A DNA stretch of 64,000 nt from the NCBI GenBank assembly GCA_904063045.1, contig CAJFCJ010000009.1:2108968-2172967 (forward strand). The letters are read 5' to 3'. The position numbers and the translations under genes were made by a program. Shown piece by piece: positions 10,780 through 22,142 of this stretch (position 1 is its first letter; each line of letters starts with the position of its first letter). The notes below the pieces were generated by a model. That model had not been told where the DNA came from. It was given only the letters and a program-made list of their open reading frames with translations, and did not search any database. This DNA is from Dimorphilus gyrociliatus. Taxonomy: Eukaryota > Animalia > Annelida.

Positions 10780-12086
10780 TTACAAATCAACTTTGCTTAA
10801 TCTTGGTCCTCTCTTCTTTTTCTTTTCTTCCCTAGCTTTCTTCTTTTTGTCTTTTTCCATTTTCTTTTGCATTTCTTTTAACTGTTGATAATATATAAAA
10901 AATTATATAAAACTAATGGAAGAGAAGAGAATTTAGTTACTTTGATTGTATCTTCTTTAAAAGGATTGATATAATTTTCCCTGGGCTCCACAAAACGAAG
11001 TTCTTGAGACACCTAATTAAAATATTAATATAAACATTATTAAATAAAAGAAAAGGAAAACTAACTAAATCCATTAGCATTAATTCGGGTTTATCATAAA
11101 TTCCAGTTGCATTAGAAAAATTAACAGCCCATTTTGTGAGTACAAGCCATTCATTTTTTTGATTTAATAACCTTCCACAAATATCTGGAAATCTTAAAAC
11201 TATTTCGGATAAGAATGCTGTATTTTCTAAAACAGTTGATAAGACTGGAAATTAAAGTAAAAATTAGATAAGATAATCAGAAAAAAAGGTAGATGATAAA
11301 TAATCTAAATTTTACATTCTCTAACTGTAAAATTCTGTGGAATATCATCGCCGGGAATAAATCCACTCGACATTAATTGCACTTGACTTTCTTTAGTTAC
11401 CTATAAATAACAACAATAAAAAAGAATAAATATTATAATATATAAACATTTCAATTATATATAAATTATCTATTTAACTAATAGATAATTTATATTATTA
11501 TACATTTCTAAGTATCTGCTTTATTTATAAAAATATTCTATATTCTATTAATAGGCCTATAATTAATTATTTCGTATTTATTTAATTTCATTTCTAATTT
11601 CACGCTACTCTTAAAAACGTGATGGCGATTTAAACAAGATAGATAAATCTACTTCAAAGGATATTAAGCTAACATACTGTTACGTCTACAGTATACTTAA
11701 ATATTAGTTTAAATAAATGAAAGTATGCAAATTTTTCACCGAAAAAAGTTTGTCAAATATAATTTGTATCATTTCATACTGTTTTTCAGATTTTGATATT
11801 CCAACAATATGCTTTACAGCTTCATGATGAGCCGAACGTTTCGCTTTTAATAAACCGCGATCTGTAATAGTTTTTAAAATATATTATAGAAAGAAAGAAT
11901 CCTTTTGCTCTAATGGAACAGCAACAACAACAAAAAAAATTATTAATTACACATATCTATTGGTTCTATAGCCTCGTCTGCAGGTACTTTTTTGTTCTCT
12001 TTTGCTCCATTACATTCCTTAATCGATATTAAAGCGACTAGAAATGTTAAAACTAGTAATTTAATCATATATCCTGAATTTGGCAT
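10780..12086 (-). CDS. CCDC134: Coiled-coil domain-containing protein 134 (ER-lumenal), multi-exon
   Basis: Signal peptide MPNSGYMIKLLVLTFLVALIS; YRGLLKAKRSAHHEAV; VLENTAFLSEIVLRFPD; WAVNFSNATGIY; SQELRFVEPRENYINPFKE; basic tail ending RGPRLSKVDL* (KDEL-like). Confidence 0.88.
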
Positions 12087-13066
12087 AATAGTCGTCTTCC
12101 ACGTACCGCTTTCCGTTTTCTTGTCTGCTAGTGATAATAGCACCATCTATCGGATATTAGTTTCGTTCGTTCAAATACAGTTGTTCTAACAGGAACTAAT
12201 TGTTATAGGAAAAGAATTTAATAAAACAAAAAGTAGCTAGCTTTTTTTCAATATGCCGTTATTAACATTTATGAATTAGCCATTTCGGTTTATTCTTTGT
12301 TATTAATTTGTAATGTATATACATATATTGTGTATTTAGTATATATACTGTATATAATACTGTATATATCAATGCATTTTTCTGCAAAAAGAGCGTCATC
12401 TACATCTTTATTCGAAAATTAATTATAGAAATATAATTATCATTCCTTTCGAAATGATAAATGATAGAAGGGAACAAAAAAGAAAAATAAAGAGATAACA
12501 ATGCTGAAGAGAAACAAATCTAAATCGTTTATCATTTCGTTTCCCTTTTCTCGATATATTTGTACGTTTCTCTTAAATTCCGGTTTAAACAATAGGTAAC
12601 GTAGAAAGAGAAAAATCGAGAGCAAAGTAGAAAGAGAGAAACGAAAGGAATAGATAGAATAAAGATTCTTTCTTTCTTTTTATAGTATATTCCTTTTTTT
12701 GTCAATATTTAAAAAAAAAAATCTCCAATATATTAGAATAAATTTTTTAACCAGTTTCTAGAAGAATACATCTTCTAAACAATTCTTTCAAAGTTTATAC
12801 TGCACAACTCTAAACGATGCAGTACATGCTTACGAAATTCAAATTTCAAATGTTATATATATATATATATATATATAATGTATATATATATAGATAATCA
12901 ATTAATAATATTCATATAATTCAGTTCTTTTTTGTTTTTTCACAACTATATAAATAAAACAATCAACTTTTTTTTTTAAACAAAAAAGAGGAAAAAGTTT
13001 GTAATTTAATAAAAATAATACATTTAATAATCTTTTTGGTTTCAGAGATAGAGATAGATAGAAAGT

Positions 13067-13073
<7 letters not shown>

Positions 13074-13113
<40 letters not shown>
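13074..13113. repeat. (GA)n microsatellite
   Basis: About 40-nt GA run preceded by GATA repeats; boundaries approximate. Confidence 0.9.
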
Positions 13114-13117
<4 letters not shown>

Positions 13118-13381
13118 AGAGATAGTCTCTGTACGATATGTGACACTATATTTTCTTTGTAACCGTGCATGTGATTTTTTTTTGTTTTTTCTTTATAATC
13201 TGCAATAATGTAGTTATTTTGTAATCTATCGTTTTTTGTCGTTCTTTTTCCGGTAATTTTGTAGGAACCAAAGAATCAATCATCTTCCGTCATGTTTAAA
13301 AATAATATTTTGTTTACTTCGTTTTGTTTGTTCTTTATTTTTGTGTGTTTGTATGTATGCATGTGTTTTTTTTGTGTGTAT

Positions 13382-14587
13382 CTAAGCCCATATCTATAAT
13401 TGGGGAAAATAATTTATTTAGTATAAATTAATAAACAATAACAGATTATAAACTCTACTTACCCTTAGAGTATAGTCCCAACTAGAGGTGCAAAGGGCTG
13501 TACCGTCTGGAGAAACTCGGACACAGGATACCCTATTGTCATGACCGTATAACATGCACAATCGCGTAGATTTTAAAGTATCCCATAGATTAACCACGTA
13601 ATCATTATAACCAGCGAATAATATCCTACCAGATAACGAAAAATCGATAGAATTACACCCAAAGATAACACTTTGCTTTTTATAGGCGCACACTTCTCTA
13701 TCTGCTCTTAAATCGAAGAGGCGACAAGTGGCGTCGTCTGAAGCCGAAGCTACTGCATCACCGCTTGGGTAAAATCTTACTGCATTAACGTCACTTTCGT
13801 GTGAATCGAACATTTGGGCACATTGCCCAGTTCTCATATCCCAGATCATTAGAGTATTATCGCAGCTACCGGAAGCCAAAACTGAACCGCATTCAGTAGG
13901 GGATAAATGCAGACTGGTAACATCACCTGTATGGCCATGAAAGGAGTGCATAAGAGTACCGGATTCAACGTCCCATAGGGCTAAGGTACTGTCACCACTT
14001 CCAGTGACTATCTGATGGTCGGAATGGGTAAACTCGCAACAAGATAGATAACTGGCATGAGTCCCAACTACTTTTTTCTTAGCTTGATCCTCTTCCATAG
14101 TCAAAGGATAAATTGTACACTTATTATCCAAGCCTCCACAGGCTATTAAGGTTGAAGAGGGTGCATAGCAGCAGGCCATTACCCAAGTTGTCTGCATTGA
14201 GAATGCATGCTCCTTATTAGTACTGAAAGCATCCCAAACAAGTAATTTTCCGTCCTGAGAGGAGCTGACCACATGACGTTTATCATTGGACCAATCCATG
14301 CATAGTACTTTCGCTAAATGTCCTTTGAGAACCTTTCTGGGTTTTAAAGATATGGGAGCTAGCGGATCTAGCCTTTGCGCAACTACATTGACTGCAACAA
14401 AACGGTATTTCAGAAAGAGTCGATACGTATAGCACACTGAGGACTATACATCATCAAAAAACTCACTGTCAATATCTTTAAGTTTATCCTTTTCCTCCTC
14501 CAACTTCTTCTTTAGATTTTCGGCTTCGCGTTGAAGAGAATCAAGCGTTGCTGACTGGTTTTCGACGCGAAGTCCCTCTGTAGCCAT
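13382..14587 (-). CDS. GNB5: G protein beta-5 subunit, 3 exons (14587-14467, 14391-13463, 13393-13382)
   Basis: [33 protein letters not shown]-terminus; WD40 repeats [38 protein letters not shown]; terminal micro-exon IWA*. Confidence 0.96.
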
Positions 14588-15184
14588 GTTGGATTCGATA
14601 ATTGCAGTAGGGACAAACTGCACATAGATGGCGCTGTTTTTGCCGTCGGTTTGTCCTTTAGATATAAGATTACCTTCCTGTCAATTCATTCCAATTTCTA
14701 TGTTAAAAATGTTAATGAAAATTATTTTTCATATAAATTTTAAACCTTTCCTCAAAAATTTTTGTCTTCTTCTTGAGATGAAGTAATAATGGGAATACTT
14801 ATTTATTCAATAGGCCTATGTAGTTTATTGTAAGTGATTATAATCTTAAGAAATGTAATTTATTAACGGAAATATCGATTTTTCATTAAGAGAGAGATAG
14901 ATAGAATAAGCCAAAGAGTAGAATTGGTTTTGTTGTATAAATATATAGTTTATTCTATTACATATACCAAAGCGCATAGCTATTATATAGACGGTGCACA
15001 TACACATATATAAATATAAATTAGTACTCCACATATTCGGTATATATGTATTCTGCAATTACTTCAAGACTTAAATACAATCGTTTCTGAGCATCTTCCA
15101 AGTTGCAGAAGTATCAGACTTGACTGGTTTAATTCTTTTCGTTTTATGTTAAAATACATATTCCAGGCTTCGACAATTGGTCGT

Positions 15185-16520
15185 TCATATTTGTAAAGCT
15201 GTCCTTTCAGCAGCAAAAGGATATTGATACTAAAATAGAAAAAGAAAGATATATGTATTTTACAATTTGAATCTTAAAGAAGGAATTTTTAATAAATTAC
15301 TTCGTTATTTATATCCACAAGAGTTCTTGATTGAATATCCGGCGGATAAACCTGGAAATTATAAAATAATATATAGAATATGTATGATTATTTTATTATT
15401 ACTTACACTTTTTAATCCTAAAGGAGATGAAAATGCAGCATTCAAGACAAATTGAACTCCCGATAGTGCTAGAAATATTCAAATTATACTATATAGTATA
15501 AAATAACTTGTATAAATAATACTAACGATGATAAACAGCCGTAGAAGAGCTCGCTTGTTGTAAATCATTCTGTCTCATAGGTAACTCTTCTTTCACATTT
15601 GTAGTAGGCCTAAAATGAGTATTAAAAAAATTATTAAATTATTAAAAAAAATACCAGTATGTAAGTATGTAAGATAATAAAACTTGTTTATATGATTTGT
15701 AAAACAATCAAATGAAACGTAAACGAAATATCCAAGAACTTACAAGCTAGCAGGAAGAGTTGGCGATTGAGTTTGAGTGACTTGTATTGGAGGAAGTTCA
15801 CAAATTTTGAAACATATTGCAACGTTATTTATTTCTCTGGAGGAGATAGTTAACATTTTATAAAAAAGCTATCTCTTTATATAGTTAACTTATTTTTCAA
15901 TTACCCCGCTAATGTATATCCTACAGGAGCGCGTTTACTTTTGGTTAACAGGCAAATGTCGCAGATTGCAGCTGATGTAGCCTCTCTCGGTATAACTTTG
16001 ACACATATTTGTTTCTTTTTTGTAGCTTTTTCCTCTAATTTCAATAAAATAAATGGTGAAATTATATTTAAAAAAGATTATAATATATTATACTTGTATC
16101 CATTGTATATTCTATAATAGAATATCCGTTTGGTGGCCTCTCCCTATCATTTTGAACAGCAATGTCAGCTAAGACCATATTCATTTGACCCTATTTAATT
16201 CAATAATAATTATTCACATGATTAATTTCAATGAAAATGTCTTATTTACAAATCCTGCTTGTTGTTTAGTGATACATAGATGACGCTTAGACTTTTTAAA
16301 AAATCCATCAGGCATCAAATCGCATTCTTCATTTCGATCCGACGAGTAAAACAACTGTTAATTATAATAAGATACAATTATATATTTATTTATATGGTCA
16401 TTATATAGAAAATGTATCTGAAGAAAAAGAAGAAAAGCTACTCACGACATCGTAGTCGGGAGGACATTTTTGCTTATCTTCTATTATACCAATTTTGGTA
16501 ATCGGTAGCCTCTGTTCCAT
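15185..16520 (-). CDS. MVB12: ESCRT-I subunit MVB12 (MABP + UMA domains), multi-exon
   Basis: MEQRLPITKIGIIEDKQKCPPDYDV; CDLMPDGFFKKSKRHLCITK; KKKQICVKVIPREATSAAICDI; ALSGVQFVLN; YQYPFAAERTALQI*. Confidence 0.88.
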
Positions 16521-16960
16521 TTAATTGTTTTCTCTTTTGTTTTATGATAAATGAATTTTTTAAAAGATTTAATTTCAAATTTTTAACGGGATATCTTGTA
16601 AAGCTAGCCGTTAGAAGCCGAATAGCTTACTGGAACAAAAAAATAATATAGATGGAAATCCCAATTGCTATGAGTCACCTCTGTGACGTACTGATGTTAC
16701 CGGAAGTTATAGAAAAATATTAAAAAATAACAAAAATAATATTGTTAAAACTTTGAATTTCAAACAACATTAATGCAACGTACTGAAAAAATGTTTAGTC
16801 TTGTTTTGAAAATTTATATAAAGACAGTTGCTTAAGAATATCTTGTTTTCTGTTTAGTTTTTTTTTAAGGACACCGTATTGTGAAAATGGGAATCACTTA
16901 CGGTTCAAACAAACTGTTAAAAAATTTACTTCTTATCGCTCTAATTGGAATTTATCGACA
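16521..16960. promoter_or_regulatory. Bidirectional promoter MVB12/TTC5
   Basis: Divergent ATGs 440 nt apart; TGACGTA (CRE-like) 16684-16690 and CCGGAAGT (ETS) 16700-16707. Confidence 0.55.
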
Positions 16961-19058
16961 ATGAATGAAAATAGCGACAAAGCTTCCGAAGAACAGTTGA
17001 AGTTAATAACAGTAAGTTAGCATGAAGTAACATTCTAAAGGTAAAACTCAAAGTGTTTCAAGGAAAAAGTGAACAAAGTTGGAATTTTCCGAGACGATTA
17101 TCTGTTGAACCACCCAATTGAAGAGGCTAATTTAAAAGAGGAAAGAGTGAGAACATTAGTTGAGAAGACTTTAGACGAGCTAAAAGAATACGAAAGTAGG
17201 CTTGTTGTCTCTGATTATTCTTCAATTGCAAATCATATAGTTTAATCTAACAGCTCTCTTCGGCAATGATCCTCTTTTTCTGCTTGAAAAGGGTAAATTG
17301 CTGAACAAACATCCAGAAATTTCTGATGAGTGTGAAAAAGTTTTAACTAAAGTCGTTAAATTACGGCCAGAAATAGTAGAAGGATGGTCCGAACTTGGAG
17401 AATGCCTGTTTAAATTACGCAAATTCGATGTTTCGATGACATGCTTCCAAAAAGCTGTAGAAAAGGATGTATGAATTTTCAAGTTTTTCTTAATCTTAAT
17501 CTCTTAGCTATCGTTGTATTCATATAATTATTTTTAATGATTATTTTATCCTTAAAGAGATAAATTTGTCAGCTTATTTGATAGAATAGTTCAACTGCTT
17601 TAGATAATAAGACTGAACAAATTAGATCTTATCTCTTGTTTAAAGATCATAATATTTATGTTTCAGGAAAACCGTAATAATCGTTTCTTTTAATAGCTCA
17701 CTCATACACCCAGTTTGAGGCATTATTCTATGCTATTACGACAAGTAAAATATAAAGAACCCGAAGACAAGGATAAAGCAATTAGAGAGAGCATTGATTG
17801 GGCTAAAAGAGCTGTGGCTAGGGATGTTAAAGATGGCTTTTCGTGGCGTTAGTAAATGAATAGTTTACGATAATGGATTCAATACATGTATATTTTTTAA
17901 CAGTTACGCTAGCGAACGCCTATACTGCTATGTTCTTTGCTACACTTGACAATGATCAAATTTTAAAGCAAATTTTTACTGCTTACGAGAAAGCTGTAAG
18001 TGTTTGCGCAATAGTTATCTATTCCCAATGCAATTAATTGGAAACTTGTATTTGCAGGCTGCTGATGATCGCACTGTAATGTGTCCTGATTTACATTATA
18101 ATAAGGGATCTGTAAGAATATATTTTTATCTTTTGAAAAAAAGCTACTGTTCGATATTTTGTGTTGTTTATTTCTTTTTGCAATTGTTTTTATCAGATTT
18201 TGATGTATGAAGAAAGATTTCAAGAAGCTGTCGATAGCTTTAATCAAGCTGTACGTTTAGAGCCATCATGGCAGCAAGCAGAAGTTAATGCCAAAAACAT
18301 TGTCACTTATGTAGATACCATCTCTGAATTCCTAGGGAAAAAAGTAAGTCTAACAGAGTAATAACTTTGGTATCTCGTCCGACTTTGATCGGATCATTGA
18401 ACTATGTTATCCCAAAAAAACAGAACTTATTAGTCAATAATTTTGAAATTGGTCTCTTTTTTAGGGCAAACTAAAGCAAAGGCAAATCGACAAAATTATG
18501 AAGTCTTTCAAATTATCAACTGATTTAGGAGAATATAGCAAAAATATTACAACTCCGGCTGGAGAGACTATTAAGCTTAAGTACCAAAAATTTAATGAAC
18601 TTAATGTTGGAAGAAATGAAAATATAGTAATTATGGGAAAAGTTATTTCTACAATAGCTAACGAAAATTTTTTGAACTTGTGAGTTGTTTTAGTATGCTT
18701 GTACATAAGTAATTTATATTCTCATTGATTATATTTTTGCAGTACTGCCTGTTTAATAGACGAAAATGGAGATTGTATATGCGTTACGATATATAATAGA
18801 AAAATGTCTTGGGGACCAAAAATTGGTGATTCTGTAGCCATTCCAGATCCTTTTGTCTCAGAAATATCTTTAAAAACAAACGATAAGGTATATCTTGATT
18901 AATTGTTATCAGTAAATTTAAAGGAGAACTATTTTTGACAGGAGTACAATTATAGAAATATCCGAGTTGATTGTCCGCTAATATTGTTGGTAAATGGAAG
19001 AAAAGTTGGCAGAGAAAACTATCTTTCCTCATCAATCTCTTTCGACGTTAAAGATTAA
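16961..19058 (+). CDS. TTC5: Tetratricopeptide repeat protein 5 (TPR + OB fold), multi-exon
   Basis: FRDDYLLNHPIEEA; VKLRPEIVEGWSELGEC; SLRHYSMLLRQ; AKRAVARDVKDGFSW; PDLHYN; GPKIGDSVAIPDP; RVDCPLILLVNGRKV...DVKD*. Confidence 0.9.
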
Positions 19059-19656
19059 ATCTTTCGTTGGAAATTCTACTTTGTTTCGTTCAGTATTTTG
19101 CAACTTTTTATAATTCTTTTTATAGTTTTGAACGACTCTTTGAGATCTAGTTATGCAACTAATGTGAAAGTGGATGCACAAGTAATAAGATTGCTTATTT
19201 ACACTTTAATTTTTGCAATACAAGCCTACTTTTAAAAAGACAAGTTTTTTTTATTAATATTTAATAATTGCAAGCTTGTTTTTTTTTCATATTTCTATCT
19301 TTTTGAATAGAAGCAATTCCAACAGTCTTGTAAAATATAACATGAAACAAAATTAAAATATTAAAAAGAAAAAAAACAAACAGTTTTATAAATATACTGT
19401 AAAAAAGAAAAAAGAGATTTTCTTTTACAGACTATGGCATTATACATTTATAAACACCGTTTTCCAATCAATTTGAGGTTGGTTTTTGTTTTTTACTTGC
19501 TTAAATCAACCTCTCCTCACTAGCGAACAATCTTTTTAAAATAAATATGACAATATCCAAAGTGGCAAATTGGAAAAAATATTTAAAGTTAAATATGTCT
19601 ATATTTCTAAAATTCCTAGTTGTTTTTCTTTATATACATATATGATTTAAACTCTC

Positions 19657-22142
19657 TCAGGAGGAAAAATTTAAAGCGGATATTAGGACTGAAGCAGCAC
19701 TATCGGTTCTTGGACGAGATCTTCCACTTGCAAGCTTATTGCCAACTTGAATTATTGATTTCAATTTCACTTGAATCTGTTATGTAATAGAGTGTTTTTA
19801 ATTTATAACTTATTGTTTTTGTTATCAGACAATAACAATTTTTTTTATTAAAGAGATAATTTACCTGCTTAAAGTTAGGTCGCGATTGCACATTTTTGGA
19901 CCAGCAACATTGCATCATTTCCAAATAAGGTGGTAGAACATTTCCTTTAAAGACGTTTAGAGAGGGTCTTCGACCAGCAAGAACTAATTCGCATACTTCA
20001 TCCTCACTGCTTATTTCGTAGAAAGGTTTCTCTAAAGAAATTACTTCGAATAAAACCATTCCGAATGAGTAGACATCTGCATAACCAGTTATATCTGAGT
20101 CCAAGATATTTGGATCTTCAAGAATTTCAGGTGCAGTCCACCGAATAGATTGTGGAAATGCGGACGTTTCGTTTTGACAGAAGCATTTACTTTCTTTACA
20201 ATTTCTCCTAAACTGTTGTGACAGCTTCGTAACACCAAAGTCAACAATCTATGATAAAGAGAGGAATAATACTGTTAAGGTATCAAAAGGGATTTTACTC
20301 TTATCATCAATAAACTTGCCTTAACTTTTTCGTTGTTTGCCTCAATAAAAATATTTGAACACTTTAAGTCTCTATGTAAAATAGCAGGTTTGCAATTGTG
20401 GAGGAAGGACATACCCTCGGCGGCTTGAACAAGCTTCAAACAGACAGATGGCGTTAAACACATGTAATAGATGGCATGTTTGAGAAACTAGAAAAATTGA
20501 AAAAAGAGAACTCTTTTATTTCCTTACCAATTTGAGAACACTTTGAAAACTCAATTGAACATCGGTATTTCGTAATAAGTCTTTGAGTGTCTGCCCTTCC
20601 AGATGTTCTTTAAGAACGTATGGCTGCTTCAAGTCTAGCATTATACCAAGGACGCTTTCAACGTTCTTGTGTCTTTGTCGGCTGAAGATCATACGATTTA
20701 ATTTTGATAAGTTGTATTGTATGATTACGTAATGCAACATTATTACGTAAAAGATACGTCAGTCTATCTATCAACAAGTGCTTACCTAAAGAATGTAATA
20801 TTATCCTTTATTCTCTTCATATCTCTATCACTCATACCCTTGAAACTGCAGATTATTATTCTTTTTGCAGCTAACTTTCTTCCTTTCCATTCAGCAATGT
20901 AAGTATCTCCAAATAGTCCGCCTCCTAGTCTCTTACCGAGATCCACCTCTTTTTCGTGTATGAGAACGTTATCTAGAATCGGTAACTTTGAATCTTTGAA
21001 CTTTTCAGATGAATAATCAAAAAACGCTGGAGGTTTCCTTTTAAACGGCATATATAAGGTTTTACTCTTCGAGCTATCCATACTGTTCAAGGTAAGTCTA
21101 CTTGAATGATTTGTATGGATTCCTATAATGAAGAAAAGAAGAAGAAACATATGTATTTTATTAACTACTTATTGATATATTGTATTAAGTAACCTGGTAA
21201 TGTACTCATATACGGTCTATAAGCTGTACCTCCTTTCCAGAAGCATAGGCCTCCAATGCAAACTGCAACAGTTATCAACGAACCATTGACAACTAACAAT
21301 AACCACATGAATTTAGGATAATTTTTTTTTTGTCCAGTAGCTAAAAAGATAAAGAAATAATTTCTTTCATAACAAAATGAATACCTAAACTAACCTGTAC
21401 TATTCAATGATTTGTTAATTTCTATTAAATGAGTAAATAGGAAGATAAAAGAAAAAAAAACTTCATATTAGTCTTTAAAGCTACTATTAAATATGCTATA
21501 CTTTCTATACAAACCAGTTGAGGAATTGTTCAAATTATCTTTCATACAATAACCAGGACACAAACAGGAATGACTAAGATTAAAGTACTGCGAAGAAAAA
21601 GAGGAAAAGAAGAAAAGTATCGATTAAAAAAACAAGAATTCTCTTTTAAACTTTCAAATACTGACCAAACTTGTGCCAACTTCTTTCCAAAATACAAATT
21701 TTCCATAACTTTTTGGTAATTTATAACGATAATCACACTTTAGGTAGATAAATGAAAATTTGATGGAATTTGAATTTCTTCCGGTCCGATAACGTATTAA
21801 ATAGTTATTCGAATACTTCATATATAATCTCTTACGTTTAACGGCTATTGTTGTATAGTTAATATGATATTCATTCTCTTCTTCGACATTTTCTTCCCCT
21901 TTTTTTTCTATAGTAGATTTATATTTACTGTTAGATTTTTTATCGCTCTCCCTATCTTCTAGATCATCTTTGTCATCATCTTCTTCCTCTTCTTCCTCTT
22001 CATCTTCATCTTCATCTTCATCTTCATCTTCATCTTCTTCGTCTTCTTCTTCTTCATCGTCATTTTCATTTTCATTTTCTCCAATGTCTATAGTATCTCT
22101 ATCTTTAAATGATAACGGATTTATCTCTTTCGTTGCACATAT
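19657..22142 (-). CDS. Single-pass receptor-like tyrosine-kinase-like (TKL) protein kinase, multi-exon; 5' end unresolved (signal-peptide-like exon with ATG at 23020 possible)
   Basis: Kinase motifs LGGGLFG, LAAK, HRDLKCSN, VDFG, RWTAPE, DVYSFGMVLFE, CW...RPNF. TM segment FMWLLLVVNGSLITVAVCIGGLCFW (about 21230-21310). Upstream exons carry N-glycosylation sequons, cysteines and a poly-D/E tract. Confidence 0.85.
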
